From assembly GCA_003354025.1 (NCBI GenBank), contig PIVU01000001.1, forward strand, positions 2,435 through 66,434: a stretch of 64,000 nucleotides of DNA, read 5' to 3'. Position numbers and translations under genes: made by a program. Numbering within the stretch: position 1 is the first letter of the stretch; each line of letters begins with the position of its first letter. The notes under the pieces are model-generated. The model was not told the DNA's origin, searched no databases, and worked only from the letters and a program-made list of their open reading frames with translations. Positions 1 to 10,215 of the stretch are shown in pieces. This DNA is from Nitrospirota bacterium (GTDB lineage: Bacteria; Nitrospirota; Thermodesulfovibrionia; UBA6902).

Positions 1-1
1 T

Positions 2-853
2 GTCCATGTTTTAACACACACTCTGCATTATGGTACGGGAGCTTTTGAAGGAATCAGGTGTTATAAAGCAAAAAAAGGCTCGGCAATTTTCAGACTGAAG
101 GAACATGTAGACAGGCTTTTTGACTCCTGCCACATACTTAATATTGAGGTCCCTTTTACTAATGCACAGATTAAAAAGGCGATCATTGATACTGTCAAAG
201 TAAACAAACTGAAAGAGTGCTACATACGGCCGATAGTATTTATAGGTTACGGAGCAATGGGATTATATACTCAGGGTAATCCTGTCCAGGTAGCAATTGC
301 TGCCTGGCCATGGGGAGCTTATCTGGGTGATGACGGCATTAAAAATGGAATACGTGTCAAGGTAACATCTTTTGCCAGGCTACACGTTAATGTATCAATG
401 ACCAAGAGTAAAACCTGCGGTGACTATGTTAATTCAACCCTTGCCAAAAGTGAGGCAGTTGCCAGTGGTTTCGATGAGGCGCTTTTTCTTGATACAAGCG
501 GTTATGTATCAGAGGGAACGGGTCAGAACCTTTTTATCGTGAGAGACGGTGTTCTGCTGACTCCTCCTTTGCCGTCAATTCTTGAAGGGATAACCAGAAA
601 AAGTATTATGGAAATGGCAAAGAAGGAGAGGATCAAGGTCCAGGAAGTTAATCTTACGAGAGATGAAGTTTATATAGCTGATGAGGCATTCTTTACCGGT
701 ACTGCGGCAGAAGTCACCCCTATTCGTGAGGTCGATGGAAGAAGTATTGGAAGCGGAAAACCGGGGCCAATCACTAAAAAAATGCAAAAACTTTTTTTCA
801 ATATAGTAAAAGGTGAGGCAAAAGGATATAATTCCTGGCTGTCACATATTTAA
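2..853 (+). CDS. ilvE: Branched-chain amino acid aminotransferase, 5' end truncated by the window edge. The reading frame is open from position 2.
   Basis: Frame-continuous translation from position 2 reads [22 protein letters not shown]...[25 protein letters not shown], a typical class IV aminotransferase (IlvE) sequence. Confidence 0.8.
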   Translation, partial: VHVLTHTLHYGTGAFEGIRCYKAKKGSAIFRLKEHVDRLFDSCHILNIEVPFTNAQIKKAIIDTVKVNKLKECYIRPIVFIGYGAMGLYTQGNPVQVAIAAWPWGAYLGDDGIKNGIRVKVTSFARLHVNVSMTKSKTCGDYVNSTLAKSEAVASGFDEALFLDTSGYVSEGTGQNLFIVRDGVLLTPPLPSILEGITRKSIMEMAKKERIKVQEVNLTRDEVYIADEAFFTGTAAEVTPIREVDGRSIGSGKPGPITKKMQKLFFNIVKGEAKGYNSWLSHI

Positions 854-1076
854 ATTAGTATCATACCCCACTGACAAAAATGTGCGTGGAGCCTTTATAT
901 ATAAGGTTCCACGCATATAACTCTTCTTAGTTTCTAAATCAGATAAAATATACATGTAAAAAATGTATACATCAGTTGTGAAAGTGTATAGCTTTGAGAC
1001 ATTGACTTTTTGAATTGAATATGTGAAAATTCTCTAAGTTTTTCAACCGGATATAGCAATTTAATTATTAATTACT

Positions 1077-1409
1077 ATGGAAAAAAGATCTCTAGAAAGG
1101 CTGTCATCAAAAATAAAGGCCAGGATGGTCTACGGCAATTTATTCTATGCCGGTTCTGTCACTAACTTCTCGGAAAAGGGAGTATTTGTAAGGGCCAAAA
1201 TGAATTTTAACGTTAATTCCGTTTTTGTGCTGGTGCTGCTTATCAATCAGAGAACAGTTAATGTTTTAGGCAAAGTAAAAAGATCAGTAAAACCTGACGA
1301 TCATAAAGAAGACATAGTTAGCGGAATGGGTGTAGAACTGGTAAATCCTCCGGTACAATATCTGGAGTTTGTCAGGGACCAAAGGCTGGCACTTGGTTTA
1401 GCAAATTAG
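1077..1409 (+). CDS. Stand-alone PilZ-domain protein, a putative c-di-GMP receptor.
   Basis: N-terminal KRSLER (RxxxR) followed about 22 aa later by NFSEKG (N-x-S-x-x-G), then GMGVEL. This is the PilZ c-di-GMP-binding signature. Confidence 0.55.
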   Translation: MEKRSLERLSSKIKARMVYGNLFYAGSVTNFSEKGVFVRAKMNFNVNSVFVLVLLINQRTVNVLGKVKRSVKPDDHKEDIVSGMGVELVNPPVQYLEFVRDQRLALGLAN

Positions 1410-1688
1410 CCCGAACCTTATATTCTTACAATCATACCTCCTCATTAAACAATCTTTGCATGTAAGCTAAGCAGAGTAATTTCCGGATTTAATGTAATAC
1501 ATTAAACTAGAGATGGATCTTGCTGTAAAAAAAGACAAAAATACTGCAATCTGGGAAATGCGGCAATGATATTCAGCCTGGAGCTTTTCTATGTTTTGTC
1601 ATTATGTTATAGTTTTAGATTCTTGTCTGTAGGGTAAGTAAGACCGGATTTTCCATATAACTCAATAAAATATAACTAGGACCTGCCA

Positions 1689-4298
1689 ATGGCTGAACTA
1701 ACGCCTTTAATGAGGCAATACAACGAGATAAAGAGTAACTATCCTGATACAATTATTTTCTTCCGACTCGGTGATTTCTATGAAATGTTCGGGCAGGATG
1801 CTGTTGTTGCATCAAAGGTGCTGCAGATAACGCTTACATCAAGAGATAAAGGTAAGGCCGATCCTATGCCTATGTGCGGGATTCCCCATTTCACATCCGA
1901 GAACTATGTTGCAAAGCTGGTAAAGGCCGGACATAAAGTCGCAATCTGTGAACAGGTGGAAGATGCAAAAGAGGCAAAAGGTATTGTCAAGAGAGATGTT
2001 GTAAAGGTCGTAACTCCCGGTACGTTTCTTCCAGACAATCCCAAAGAAAATAATTTTATAGTAGGTTTTTTTCAAAAAGAGAATATCTACGGTATCGCAG
2101 CTGCTGACATAACGACGGGCGAATTTTATGTTTATCAGACTCACAACAGTCTGGAAGATGAAATAAACAGGTTTCAGCCCAAAGAGGTGCTGTATCCGTT
2201 CAGTCTTAAAAATAATTCAGCGGTCGAAAATTTAAAAGATTACTATCTCACCGGTTATGATGACTGGTACTTTGACTATATAGAGGCCTACCGGAAGCTA
2301 ATCGGTTTTTTTAAAGTATCATCCCTTGACGGGTTCGGCTGTGAAGGAATGATGGTTGCAATATCAGCAGCCGGCGCACTTCTGAATTACCTGGAAGATA
2401 CACAGAAGGACTCCCTGACGTTCAACAGAATAAGTGTGATCAGGCGTGAGTCAAAGATGATGATTGATGCTACTAGTCTCAGAAATCTTGAAATCACAAG
2501 AAACATGAACAACCATGAAATTGAAGGGAGTTTGTTATGGGTAATGGATGAAACATATACTCCCATGGGCGGCAGGCTCTTAAGGACCTGGCTGCTTAAC
2601 CCTCTGACCGACTCTGGTGAGATAAGTGAGCGGCAGGATGCAGTAGAGACACTAATCAACGAACAGGAAAACCAGGCAAAAATACAGGCACATTTAAAAG
2701 GTATTTACGACATTGAGCGCCTGGCATCCCGTACAGGCAGCGGCAGTGCCAATGCCCGTGACCTCATAGCTTTGAAGAAATCACTTGAAATTCTCCCTGA
2801 AATGAAGGAATTGCTGGGCGGATATCAAAATGAACTAATACAGAAATTGTCTGAAAAGATAAATGTGCAGTCCGACATAAGTATGTTGATTGATGAGTCA
2901 ATAGCTGAAGAACCTCCCTTGACTATTAAAGACGGTGGTCTGATTAAAAAGGGATTTAACTCTGAAATTGATGAACTGAAGGAGATCAGTATTAGCGGCA
3001 AGGACTTCATTGCATCCCTGCAGGTTAGAGAGAAAGAAAAGACAGGGATATCATCTCTCAAGGTTGGTTTTAACAAGGTGTTCGGGTATTACATAGAAGT
3101 GACAAAGGCAAATGCGTCACAGGTGCCGGATGAGTATATTAGAAAACAGACACTTGTTAACGGTGAAAGATTTATTACTCCTGAACTCAAGGAGTACGAG
3201 GGCAAGGTCCTTGGTGCTGAAGAAAGACTGAAGAACCTGGAATATGATGTATTTATAAAAATACGTGAGCAGATTTCAGGAGAGACTGAAAAATTACAGG
3301 AGACATCTGCAGCAATTGCCGGGCTGGATGCGCTGCACAGCCTTGCATACATAGCAAAAAAGTATGATTATGAACGTCCAGTAGTTGATGAGGGGGATAT
3401 TATAAATATTGCCGCAGGCAGACATCCTGTTGTGGAGAGATTATCCGGAGGTGACAAGTTTATTCCGAATGACTGCCTGATGGATTCAGGAGCTAATAAC
3501 ATATCCATCATAACAGGTCCTAATATGGCGGGGAAATCTACCTATATGCGGCAAATTGCACTGATAGTATTAATGGCACAGACAGGGAGCTTTGTCCCAT
3601 CAAAAGAGGCCACGATCGGTGTTGTAGACCGGATATTTACGAGGATCGGTGCATCTGATGTAATAACAAAGGGTCAGAGTACATTTATGGTGGAGATGAT
3701 TGAGACCGCGAACATTTTAAATAACGCAACCGACAGGAGCCTGATTCTGCTTGATGAGGTCGGAAGAGGCACGAGTACCTTTGACGGTATTAGCATAGCC
3801 TGGGCAGTTGTCGAATATATAGCCAAGGAACTGAAAGCAAGGACTCTATTTGCAACGCACTACCACGAACTAACAGAGCTTTCGATAATTCTTGACGGGA
3901 TTAAGAATCTTAATGTAGCTGTAAAAGAGTGGGGTGATGAGATCATTTTTCTCCGTCGAATAGAAGAGGGCGGAACTGATAAAAGTTATGGAATACAGGT
4001 GGCAAGGCTTGCCGGTTTGCCGGGTGTAACCATAAACAGGGCAAAGGAGATCCTTGCAAATCTTGAAAAGTCAGAGCTCAATGAACTGGGCGCCCCTAAA
4101 CTGGCATATGCCCCTGATGATAAAACATCGCATAAGCAATGGGCCGGACAGCTTGATCTCTTTGCTACCCAGGCAGATCCTGTAGTTAAAGAGCTTCTTG
4201 GACTTGATGTTTTGAGCATGACACCAATTGAGGCGATGAATACATTGTTTGAGATGAAGAAGAAGCTGGATGAAGCAAAGAATAAAGGGGGGAAATAA
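1689..4298 (+). CDS. mutS: DNA mismatch repair protein MutS.
   Basis: 869 aa. Walker A GPNMAGKSTYMRQIAL, the DEVGRGTSTFDGISIA motif and a C-terminal dimerisation region. Confidence 0.95.
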   Translation: MAELTPLMRQYNEIKSNYPDTIIFFRLGDFYEMFGQDAVVASKVLQITLTSRDKGKADPMPMCGIPHFTSENYVAKLVKAGHKVAICEQVEDAKEAKGIVKRDVVKVVTPGTFLPDNPKENNFIVGFFQKENIYGIAAADITTGEFYVYQTHNSLEDEINRFQPKEVLYPFSLKNNSAVENLKDYYLTGYDDWYFDYIEAYRKLIGFFKVSSLDGFGCEGMMVAISAAGALLNYLEDTQKDSLTFNRISVIRRESKMMIDATSLRNLEITRNMNNHEIEGSLLWVMDETYTPMGGRLLRTWLLNPLTDSGEISERQDAVETLINEQENQAKIQAHLKGIYDIERLASRTGSGSANARDLIALKKSLEILPEMKELLGGYQNELIQKLSEKINVQSDISMLIDESIAEEPPLTIKDGGLIKKGFNSEIDELKEISISGKDFIASLQVREKEKTGISSLKVGFNKVFGYYIEVTKANASQVPDEYIRKQTLVNGERFITPELKEYEGKVLGAEERLKNLEYDVFIKIREQISGETEKLQETSAAIAGLDALHSLAYIAKKYDYERPVVDEGDIINIAAGRHPVVERLSGGDKFIPNDCLMDSGANNISIITGPNMAGKSTYMRQIALIVLMAQTGSFVPSKEATIGVVDRIFTRIGASDVITKGQSTFMVEMIETANILNNATDRSLILLDEVGRGTSTFDGISIAWAVVEYIAKELKARTLFATHYHELTELSIILDGIKNLNVAVKEWGDEIIFLRRIEEGGTDKSYGIQVARLAGLPGVTINRAKEILANLEKSELNELGAPKLAYAPDDKTSHKQWAGQLDLFATQADPVVKELLGLDVLSMTPIEAMNTLFEMKKKLDEAKNKGGK

Positions 4299-4353
4299 GG
4301 CCTTGAGTCAGTAGCTGAAAAAGTTCAGGTTTTTTACTATTCCGAATGTATTT

Positions 4354-5211
4354 CTAGAAAGCCCTCACCTTGAATTGCAGACCATCATAATCAAAAATCA
4401 CCCCGGTCACTGTTATCTCTATGACTTTCAATTTGCCTTTCACCTTGTCGCCTTCATGTACCAGGCTGCCGTTGATGTTTGCCAGGCGTGAAGATGAACG
4501 ACTTGAATATATGTGGCCGAAGATGGATATGTCAGGAATTTCTTTTCTGATCTCACCGGGAAGCTCGCTCAGGTCAAGGATTTCTCGTTCCGGGTTGTCT
4601 TCATAACTGTCCGAAGAAGGTTCATCTGCCGGTATAGTATTGCTTGCAGTATGCTCCTGTTCCTGCCTGACTGTTTCCTTCAGCTTCTCAAGTTCCTCAA
4701 TAGACGGGTTTAGGTCAAGGGATGCAAGCTGCTCTTCAGTAGATGGTTTCTCTGACTCTGTCTCCAGCGTCTCAGGGACAGTTTTTTCGGCCATAGCTGC
4801 TGCCGGTTTAATTTCCGGCTCTAATATAGGTGGAAGATCAATGGTGTCAGGTTTTGATTCAGGTTCACCTTTTAATTCACTGTCCTCTGCATCGGGTGTC
4901 TTTGCGGGTTCGGCGTCAGTAATATCTGCCCGTGCTAAATCAGGAGCACTGCCTTCTTTTTCAGCCTCTGCATAATCTTGATAATTTGCAGGAGCTGTCT
5001 GTGCAGATGTATCCACTTCTGAACTCCACGGGCGAAGCCATGCCGTCAGAATGATACCATTAAGCACTAAGGCTATTATTAGCAGAATTGGCCAGAAAGG
5101 CCTTTTTTTAGGCTTATGAAGGTTAGGTGTGTGGACTGTAGATAGGTTAGGCACTGCATCCTGCTGCCTTTTCTGCTCAAGCTTTTTCAGTGCATCAAGA
5201 ATAATTGACAT
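4354..5211 (-). CDS. GspB/ExeB-like protein: N-terminal TM anchor, Pro/Glu-rich linker and a conserved C-terminal T2SSB-like domain.
   Basis: MSIILDALKK N-terminus, one TM helix, an acidic P/E-rich spacer, and the C-terminal IFGHIYSS...INGSLVHEGDKV...FDYDGLQFKV motif typical of GspB. It is translationally coupled to the upstream ExeA-like gene. Confidence 0.55.
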   Translation of the reverse strand: MSIILDALKKLEQKRQQDAVPNLSTVHTPNLHKPKKRPFWPILLIIALVLNGIILTAWLRPWSSEVDTSAQTAPANYQDYAEAEKEGSAPDLARADITDAEPAKTPDAEDSELKGEPESKPDTIDLPPILEPEIKPAAAMAEKTVPETLETESEKPSTEEQLASLDLNPSIEELEKLKETVRQEQEHTASNTIPADEPSSDSYEDNPEREILDLSELPGEIRKEIPDISIFGHIYSSRSSSRLANINGSLVHEGDKVKGKLKVIEITVTGVIFDYDGLQFKVRAF

Positions 5212-5213
5212 AA

Positions 5214-6839
5214 TCAGTTTTCCTCTTGAACAGCAAGTAATGTCGGGGACTCAATACCTGATGCACTGTTGATGCGGATTATTGTTTGAATGCCGACTAT
5301 TCCGTCGGGGCTTAATCCGTGAGAAGTTTGAAACTCTTCTATCTGCTGCACATAATAATCACTATAAATCATGCTGTCGGAAAGAGGCTGGGAGTCTCCG
5401 TGAATTATCCCGAGCTGCCGGATTAACCATGGAACAGACTTTTCAGTGCTTCCTGGATATATTTCGTTATTATAGTGTGGAGGAGTTCTCCATAGCAATG
5501 TGTAATCTCCAAACCAGCCTGATTCAATATCTTGAATGGAAACTGTTAACGTATTTGCTCCAAGCACTACAGTTGCAGTTTCATCGGTTAGCTCCGTAAG
5601 TGTGCCGTAGAAAGACTCATTACGGTTATCATAGAATTTCAGAACAGCCGGCCGGTTTAAAAAGATCAGGCTTCGAAGGTTGCCCTGCTTGAATTTACAA
5701 TTAAGACTATGCTGCAGGGCAAATTCACAGGCGGAAAGACCGTCTTCCGCTCTGTAATCCAGGCCCCATGTTTTTATCAGTGACTGGTAAGCTAACTCAT
5801 TGCTTCTGTCCCGGGGCTGATCTGTGGGCCATTCCAGGGTATCGTAGGACTTTGTTATGTTGATGGACTGGTCCAGGTCAGGAGCAGATGTAATGGTTTC
5901 AATGGCGGGGTTCTGATAAGCGTCATTTTTATAGTAAGCAGTTGCCATCAACGCGCCGAATACTATAAATATAATAGTAAATATTATCCATGCACCTGTA
6001 TTTGCGGGAACCTTATTTTTCTGTGAGGAATCTTCTCCGAATACTTCCTTTGCAGCTGCTGTAAGGAGTGATTTGGTAACACTGTCCTTCCCCTGGGTAT
6101 ATGTCCCCAGTAATGCTCTGTCGCATATAACATTAATTAAGCGGGGGACCCCTCCTGTCAGACTGTATAATCTGTTGATTGTTGAGTCGGAGAACAGCTG
6201 TTTTCTTAGTCCGGCTACTGCAAGACGATGAGAAATATAAGCGCCAATATCTTTCCTTGTAAGTGACTCGAGGTGATACCTTGCAATAATCCGCTGTGAC
6301 AGCTGGCGGAGTTCAGGCATTGACAGCTTTTCCTTTAGCTCAGGCTGTCCGAGAAGTATAATCTGCAGCAGTTTGCACTGATTAGTCTCGAGGTTTGTTA
6401 ATAATCGCAGCTGCTCTAATACATCGGAACTTAAGTTTTGTGCTTCGTCGATTATTAAAATGGCTTTGTTGCGTTTACCATGGGCTTCCAGCAGGTATGC
6501 ATTGATGAGGTCAATAAATATTTTTACACTTGTATTGTTCTTAGGGTATTGTATTCCAAATTCATCACAGATAGTTGCCAGAAGCTCTTCAACCGTCAGC
6601 TTTGGGTTAAGAATAAATGCTATTGAGGAGTTCTCTGGAATCTGGTCAAGCAGGCACCTGCATACAGTTGTTTTTCCTGTTCCGACTTCCCCGGTAAGCA
6701 GTACAAACCCTCCCTCGCTGTTAAAGCCGTAAACTAAATGTGCCAGGGCCTCCCTGTGCTGCTCGCTCATGTAGAGATAGCGCGGATCAGGGGCGATGGA
6801 AAAAGGAGATTCTTTCAGACCGAAATATTCGTTATACAT
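5214..6839 (-). CDS. ExeA/GspA-like AAA+ ATPase with a C-terminal peptidoglycan-binding domain.
   Basis: N-terminal FGLKESPF, Walker A GEVGTGKTT, a TM segment, and a C-terminal PG_binding_1-like motif (HGLSPDGIVGIQT). Confidence 0.65.
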   Translation of the reverse strand: MYNEYFGLKESPFSIAPDPRYLYMSEQHREALAHLVYGFNSEGGFVLLTGEVGTGKTTVCRCLLDQIPENSSIAFILNPKLTVEELLATICDEFGIQYPKNNTSVKIFIDLINAYLLEAHGKRNKAILIIDEAQNLSSDVLEQLRLLTNLETNQCKLLQIILLGQPELKEKLSMPELRQLSQRIIARYHLESLTRKDIGAYISHRLAVAGLRKQLFSDSTINRLYSLTGGVPRLINVICDRALLGTYTQGKDSVTKSLLTAAAKEVFGEDSSQKNKVPANTGAWIIFTIIFIVFGALMATAYYKNDAYQNPAIETITSAPDLDQSINITKSYDTLEWPTDQPRDRSNELAYQSLIKTWGLDYRAEDGLSACEFALQHSLNCKFKQGNLRSLIFLNRPAVLKFYDNRNESFYGTLTELTDETATVVLGANTLTVSIQDIESGWFGDYTLLWRTPPHYNNEIYPGSTEKSVPWLIRQLGIIHGDSQPLSDSMIYSDYYVQQIEEFQTSHGLSPDGIVGIQTIIRINSASGIESPTLLAVQEEN

Positions 6840-7097
6840 AAATGTGTTGAAACGATGATTTGCATCTGTTTAGTTTTTCTACAGTATGCACTTATATATG
6901 AGACCGTTAAGAGAATATGAATTTATTTCATACTCTTAAAGGTTAATACAAGGATTAGAGAAAAAACAACTGCGGTGCCGGTGTAAATAATAATCCAATG
7001 TGATTTCTATCACATAAATTTATCCTGTAAACACGTAAATTAGAAAAATAGAGTTTCTTTCAGTTTATTGATAGGACATAAGCATTAAGGAGGATAA

Positions 7098-7724
7098 ATG
7101 TTTAAAAGGCGTGAGTCTGCAGCATTAGTCCAGGAACCTGAAATGGAGGAGCCTGAATTGGAAGCATTGGAAAAGCCTTCTTTAGAGCTGGTCAGAAAAC
7201 AGAAAGCAAATTCGATCGTTAAGGGAAGTAAATTAACGGGTGACATAATAATAAGTTATGACCTTGAACTGGACGGCGAGGTTGAAGGGAATATAACCTC
7301 TGAACAGAAGTCAAATATTATTATCAAGGGTACCTGCAGCGGTAATATTAGCACCCGTGAAGGAAATGTTGATATCGAAGGTAAAATGCGTAAAGGCGAT
7401 ATAACTGCAGGTGGAGACATTAAGATAACCGGCAGTTTTAATGGCGGCAGGGTGGAATCAAAGGGGACTATATATGTAAACGGCGAGTTCAGCGGCAAGC
7501 TTGAAGGCAAGGACATAGAAATAGGGCCTGCTGCAAAAGGGAAGGGCGAGTTGTTTTACAAAGATAATATTTCAATTGCCAGGGGCGCCAGAGTTGAAGT
7601 GAATATTAATAGACACAAGGAAGCAATACAGGAAATAAAAAAAGTACCTGAAACAAAAGTAGTTGCTATGGAGAGGACGGTCCAGGATAAAAAGGAATTG
7701 AAAAAACAGGATACTGATAAATAG
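7098..7724 (+). CDS. Bactofilin-family (CcmA-like) cytoskeletal protein.
   Basis: Central beta-helical repeats (KGTCSGNISTREGNVDIEGKMRKGDITAGGDIKITGSFNGGRVESKGTIYVNGEFSGKLEG) flanked by charged tails. A strong RBS, AAGGAGG, precedes the start. Confidence 0.6.
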   Translation: MFKRRESAALVQEPEMEEPELEALEKPSLELVRKQKANSIVKGSKLTGDIIISYDLELDGEVEGNITSEQKSNIIIKGTCSGNISTREGNVDIEGKMRKGDITAGGDIKITGSFNGGRVESKGTIYVNGEFSGKLEGKDIEIGPAAKGKGELFYKDNISIARGARVEVNINRHKEAIQEIKKVPETKVVAMERTVQDKKELKKQDTDK

Positions 7725-8181
7725 TTAAAAGCTTTGCTCATATTGAGCATTTCATTAATAGCAGTAACCCTAAAAACTGTTATTAATGAGTAAAGGATGA
7801 ATCCCTGCTAAGGCGAAACCCTCCAATGTCTTAGCAGGGGTTACCCCTCATAAATATAAGTTCCGCAATAAGCTTCCAGGATGACAGGAATTTAACTTAA
7901 TCCATTTTGTAAGAGAATCCCCTGATATTGTTGTAGATTCTGCCGATGCCGTGTTGAAATAGGGCAGTAAATCTATTAATTGAGATGTTAAACATGGTGA
8001 TAAATGAGCAAAAAAGAGCTTAGTGCAGGAATTCTTGAATAGGATTCATATGTAATAACCAGGATTGGATTAGTTATAATTTTGTGTTTCAGCATGAGTA
8101 AGGAATATCCCTACTTAAGGAGTTTCATGAAAAATCCGATTAAATAGATGTATTTCTATATGTTTGGATGATTAAAGTATT

Positions 8182-9396
8182 ATGGTAAAAAAAGTAAAAA
8201 CAAATCAGTTAAGACCCGGGATGTTTATTCATGACATCAACTGCGGCTGGCTTGACCATCCGTTCTTCGGTAGAGCCATGGATGTAAATGATGATGAAAT
8301 GGTTGAGAAAATTGTTAACTTCGGAATTCGAGAAGTTTATATAGATACAGATATTGGGCTTGATGTAGACAGTGCGCCGACAAAGGAAGAGGCGGACAAG
8401 GCAATAATGGAAGAAATAAATAAGATCAATGAAATAAATTTTGATGACATTAAACCTGTTGCCGTAGGTAGAGAAATCATCATGGCGAAGAAAGTCAGAA
8501 AAGAAGCGATGAAGACAGTGCAGAATGTTATGAACAACATAAAAATGGGCACTCAAATCCATAAAGAAGAGGTAGAAGTTGTTGTTAATGACATAATTAT
8601 TTCAATGTTACGAAATCCCAATGCTTTGATGAGCATGGGGATGCTGAGAAAAACCGATGAATACCTGTATCAACATTCAATAAGTGTTTGCGCACTTATG
8701 GTCAGTTTTGGCAAGTTGCTGGGATTTGATTCGCAGCTGCTGAAAGAGATAGGTCTCGGGGCAATGCTTCATGATATAGGTACAATGCAGGTACCTCAGG
8801 AAATAATATGCAAGCAAAATGGCTTAACTGAAAGTGAATATGAGCAGGTAAAAAAGCACGTACTTTACGGCAGAAACATACTTGAGAAAACTGAAGGCGT
8901 CACTGATATGTCAATCATTACAGCGTATCAGCATCATGAGAGATTGGACGGAACCGGTTATCCAAAAGGAATAAAGGGAGATGAGATATCAAAAACCGGC
9001 AGAGCGATTGCTATTATTGATGTGTATGACGCATTGACCACAAAGAGATGCTTCAGGAATTTGATCCCGCCTGCTGAAGCAATAAAAATGATATTTGAAT
9101 GGTCTGAAACCAAATTTGACAGGGGAATGGTAAAAAAGTTTATAAAATGTATTGGTATCTACCCGGTCGGTTCGCTTGTTCGTCTTGAAAGCGGTCTGCT
9201 TGCTGTAGTGTTTGATCACTCTACGGATGACATCCTCAGGCCGTTAGTGCGTGTTGTTTATGACACAAAAAAAGAAAGAATTGTAATGCCTTATGTCTTG
9301 GATCTTTCAAAGCCTTCTGGTAAAGGCGGGGCGGACAGGATTGTCAGCTATGAACCTCCGGAGCAATGGAGTATTCAACCGGATGCATATCTGTAG
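8182..9396 (+). CDS. HD-GYP domain c-di-GMP phosphodiesterase with an N-terminal DUF3391-like region.
   Basis: HDIG...HHERLDGTGYP HD-GYP signature. The N-terminus, LRPGMFIHDINCGWLDHPF, is typical of DUF3391. Confidence 0.75.
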   Translation: MVKKVKTNQLRPGMFIHDINCGWLDHPFFGRAMDVNDDEMVEKIVNFGIREVYIDTDIGLDVDSAPTKEEADKAIMEEINKINEINFDDIKPVAVGREIIMAKKVRKEAMKTVQNVMNNIKMGTQIHKEEVEVVVNDIIISMLRNPNALMSMGMLRKTDEYLYQHSISVCALMVSFGKLLGFDSQLLKEIGLGAMLHDIGTMQVPQEIICKQNGLTESEYEQVKKHVLYGRNILEKTEGVTDMSIITAYQHHERLDGTGYPKGIKGDEISKTGRAIAIIDVYDALTTKRCFRNLIPPAEAIKMIFEWSETKFDRGMVKKFIKCIGIYPVGSLVRLESGLLAVVFDHSTDDILRPLVRVVYDTKKERIVMPYVLDLSKPSGKGGADRIVSYEPPEQWSIQPDAYL

Positions 9397-9437
9397 GTTT
9401 CAGTTCAGAGTCTTACTAATTAGGTTTATTTGTATTA

Positions 9438-10145
9438 CTATTTTTCCAACCCCAGCGTGTTGTCCGTAATTCCCCATTTGCCTTTTGTAGTTGAGGACGT
9501 TAATCCGTCCTTTATCAAGTTAAGAAATTCGCTACGTGGTATTTCCCGGGCGCCGAGACTTTGCAGATGCGGAGTTGTGACCTGGCAGTCAATTAATGAG
9601 AAGTCCCACTTGATGAGCTGATTCACCAGACTGGCAAAAGCTACTTTGGAAGCATTGCTTTTCCTGGTAAACATTGACTCACCGAAAAAAACGGAACCTA
9701 GTGACAGTCCGTACAGGCCTCCCACGAGCTTGCCTTTATGCCATGCTTCAACGGAATGTGCAAAACCGGACTTATGCAGTCCAATGTATGCGTCGAGCAT
9801 TTCATCTGTAATCCAGGTGCCTCCATCACATTTACGGTGAACAGTTGCGCAATTCTTTATGACTTCTTCAAATGCATTGTCCAGGGTGACGGTGAATTGA
9901 TTCCTGTTCATGGTCTGTCTCAGGCTGCGGGCAATTTTGAAATCGTGTGGGAATAGTACAAGCCGCGGGTCAGGAGACCACCATAAAATCGGATCGCCCT
10001 CAGAATACCAGGGAAAGATTCCCATGGAATAGGCTGTCAGAATTCGCTGTTCGCTCAGGTCTCCGTCGACAGCTATAAGCCCATTGTCATCGGCCAGTTC
10101 AGGCGGCGGGAAAATGCATTCATCGGGAAGTCTGAAGATGGTCAT
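9438..10145 (-). CDS. aat: Leucyl/phenylalanyl-tRNA--protein transferase.
   Basis: ILWWSPDPRLVLFP...GGTWITDEML...GLSLGSVFFGESMF motifs of Aat. It lies next to clpA and clpS, the other N-end-rule genes. Confidence 0.85.
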   Translation of the reverse strand: MTIFRLPDECIFPPPELADDNGLIAVDGDLSEQRILTAYSMGIFPWYSEGDPILWWSPDPRLVLFPHDFKIARSLRQTMNRNQFTVTLDNAFEEVIKNCATVHRKCDGGTWITDEMLDAYIGLHKSGFAHSVEAWHKGKLVGGLYGLSLGSVFFGESMFTRKSNASKVAFASLVNQLIKWDFSLIDCQVTTPHLQSLGAREIPRSEFLNLIKDGLTSSTTKGKWGITDNTLGLEK

Positions 10146-10215
10146 GTAAATAGAAATATGTTAATGGCTTTTTTTATCAAAAAGCCGGACAGCGATAAGA
10201 AAGTTACGCTAATTA

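Noticed and set aside
1839-2144. Antisense ORFs inside mutS. The same pattern of ORFs embedded on the opposite strand occurs inside fliF, fliK, CheW-CheZ, cheA, flhA and others, for example 28362-28910, 34850-35299, 40203-40571, 41779-42417 and 55424-55915.
   Set aside because: They lie entirely within long, well-supported genes on the opposite strand, have no RBS and give low-complexity translations. These are shadow ORFs.
9430-9621. Small plus-strand ORFs overlapping the aat 3' region (9430-9621, 9646-9840 and 9738-9956).
   Set aside because: They lie antisense to the well-supported aat gene and have no independent signals.
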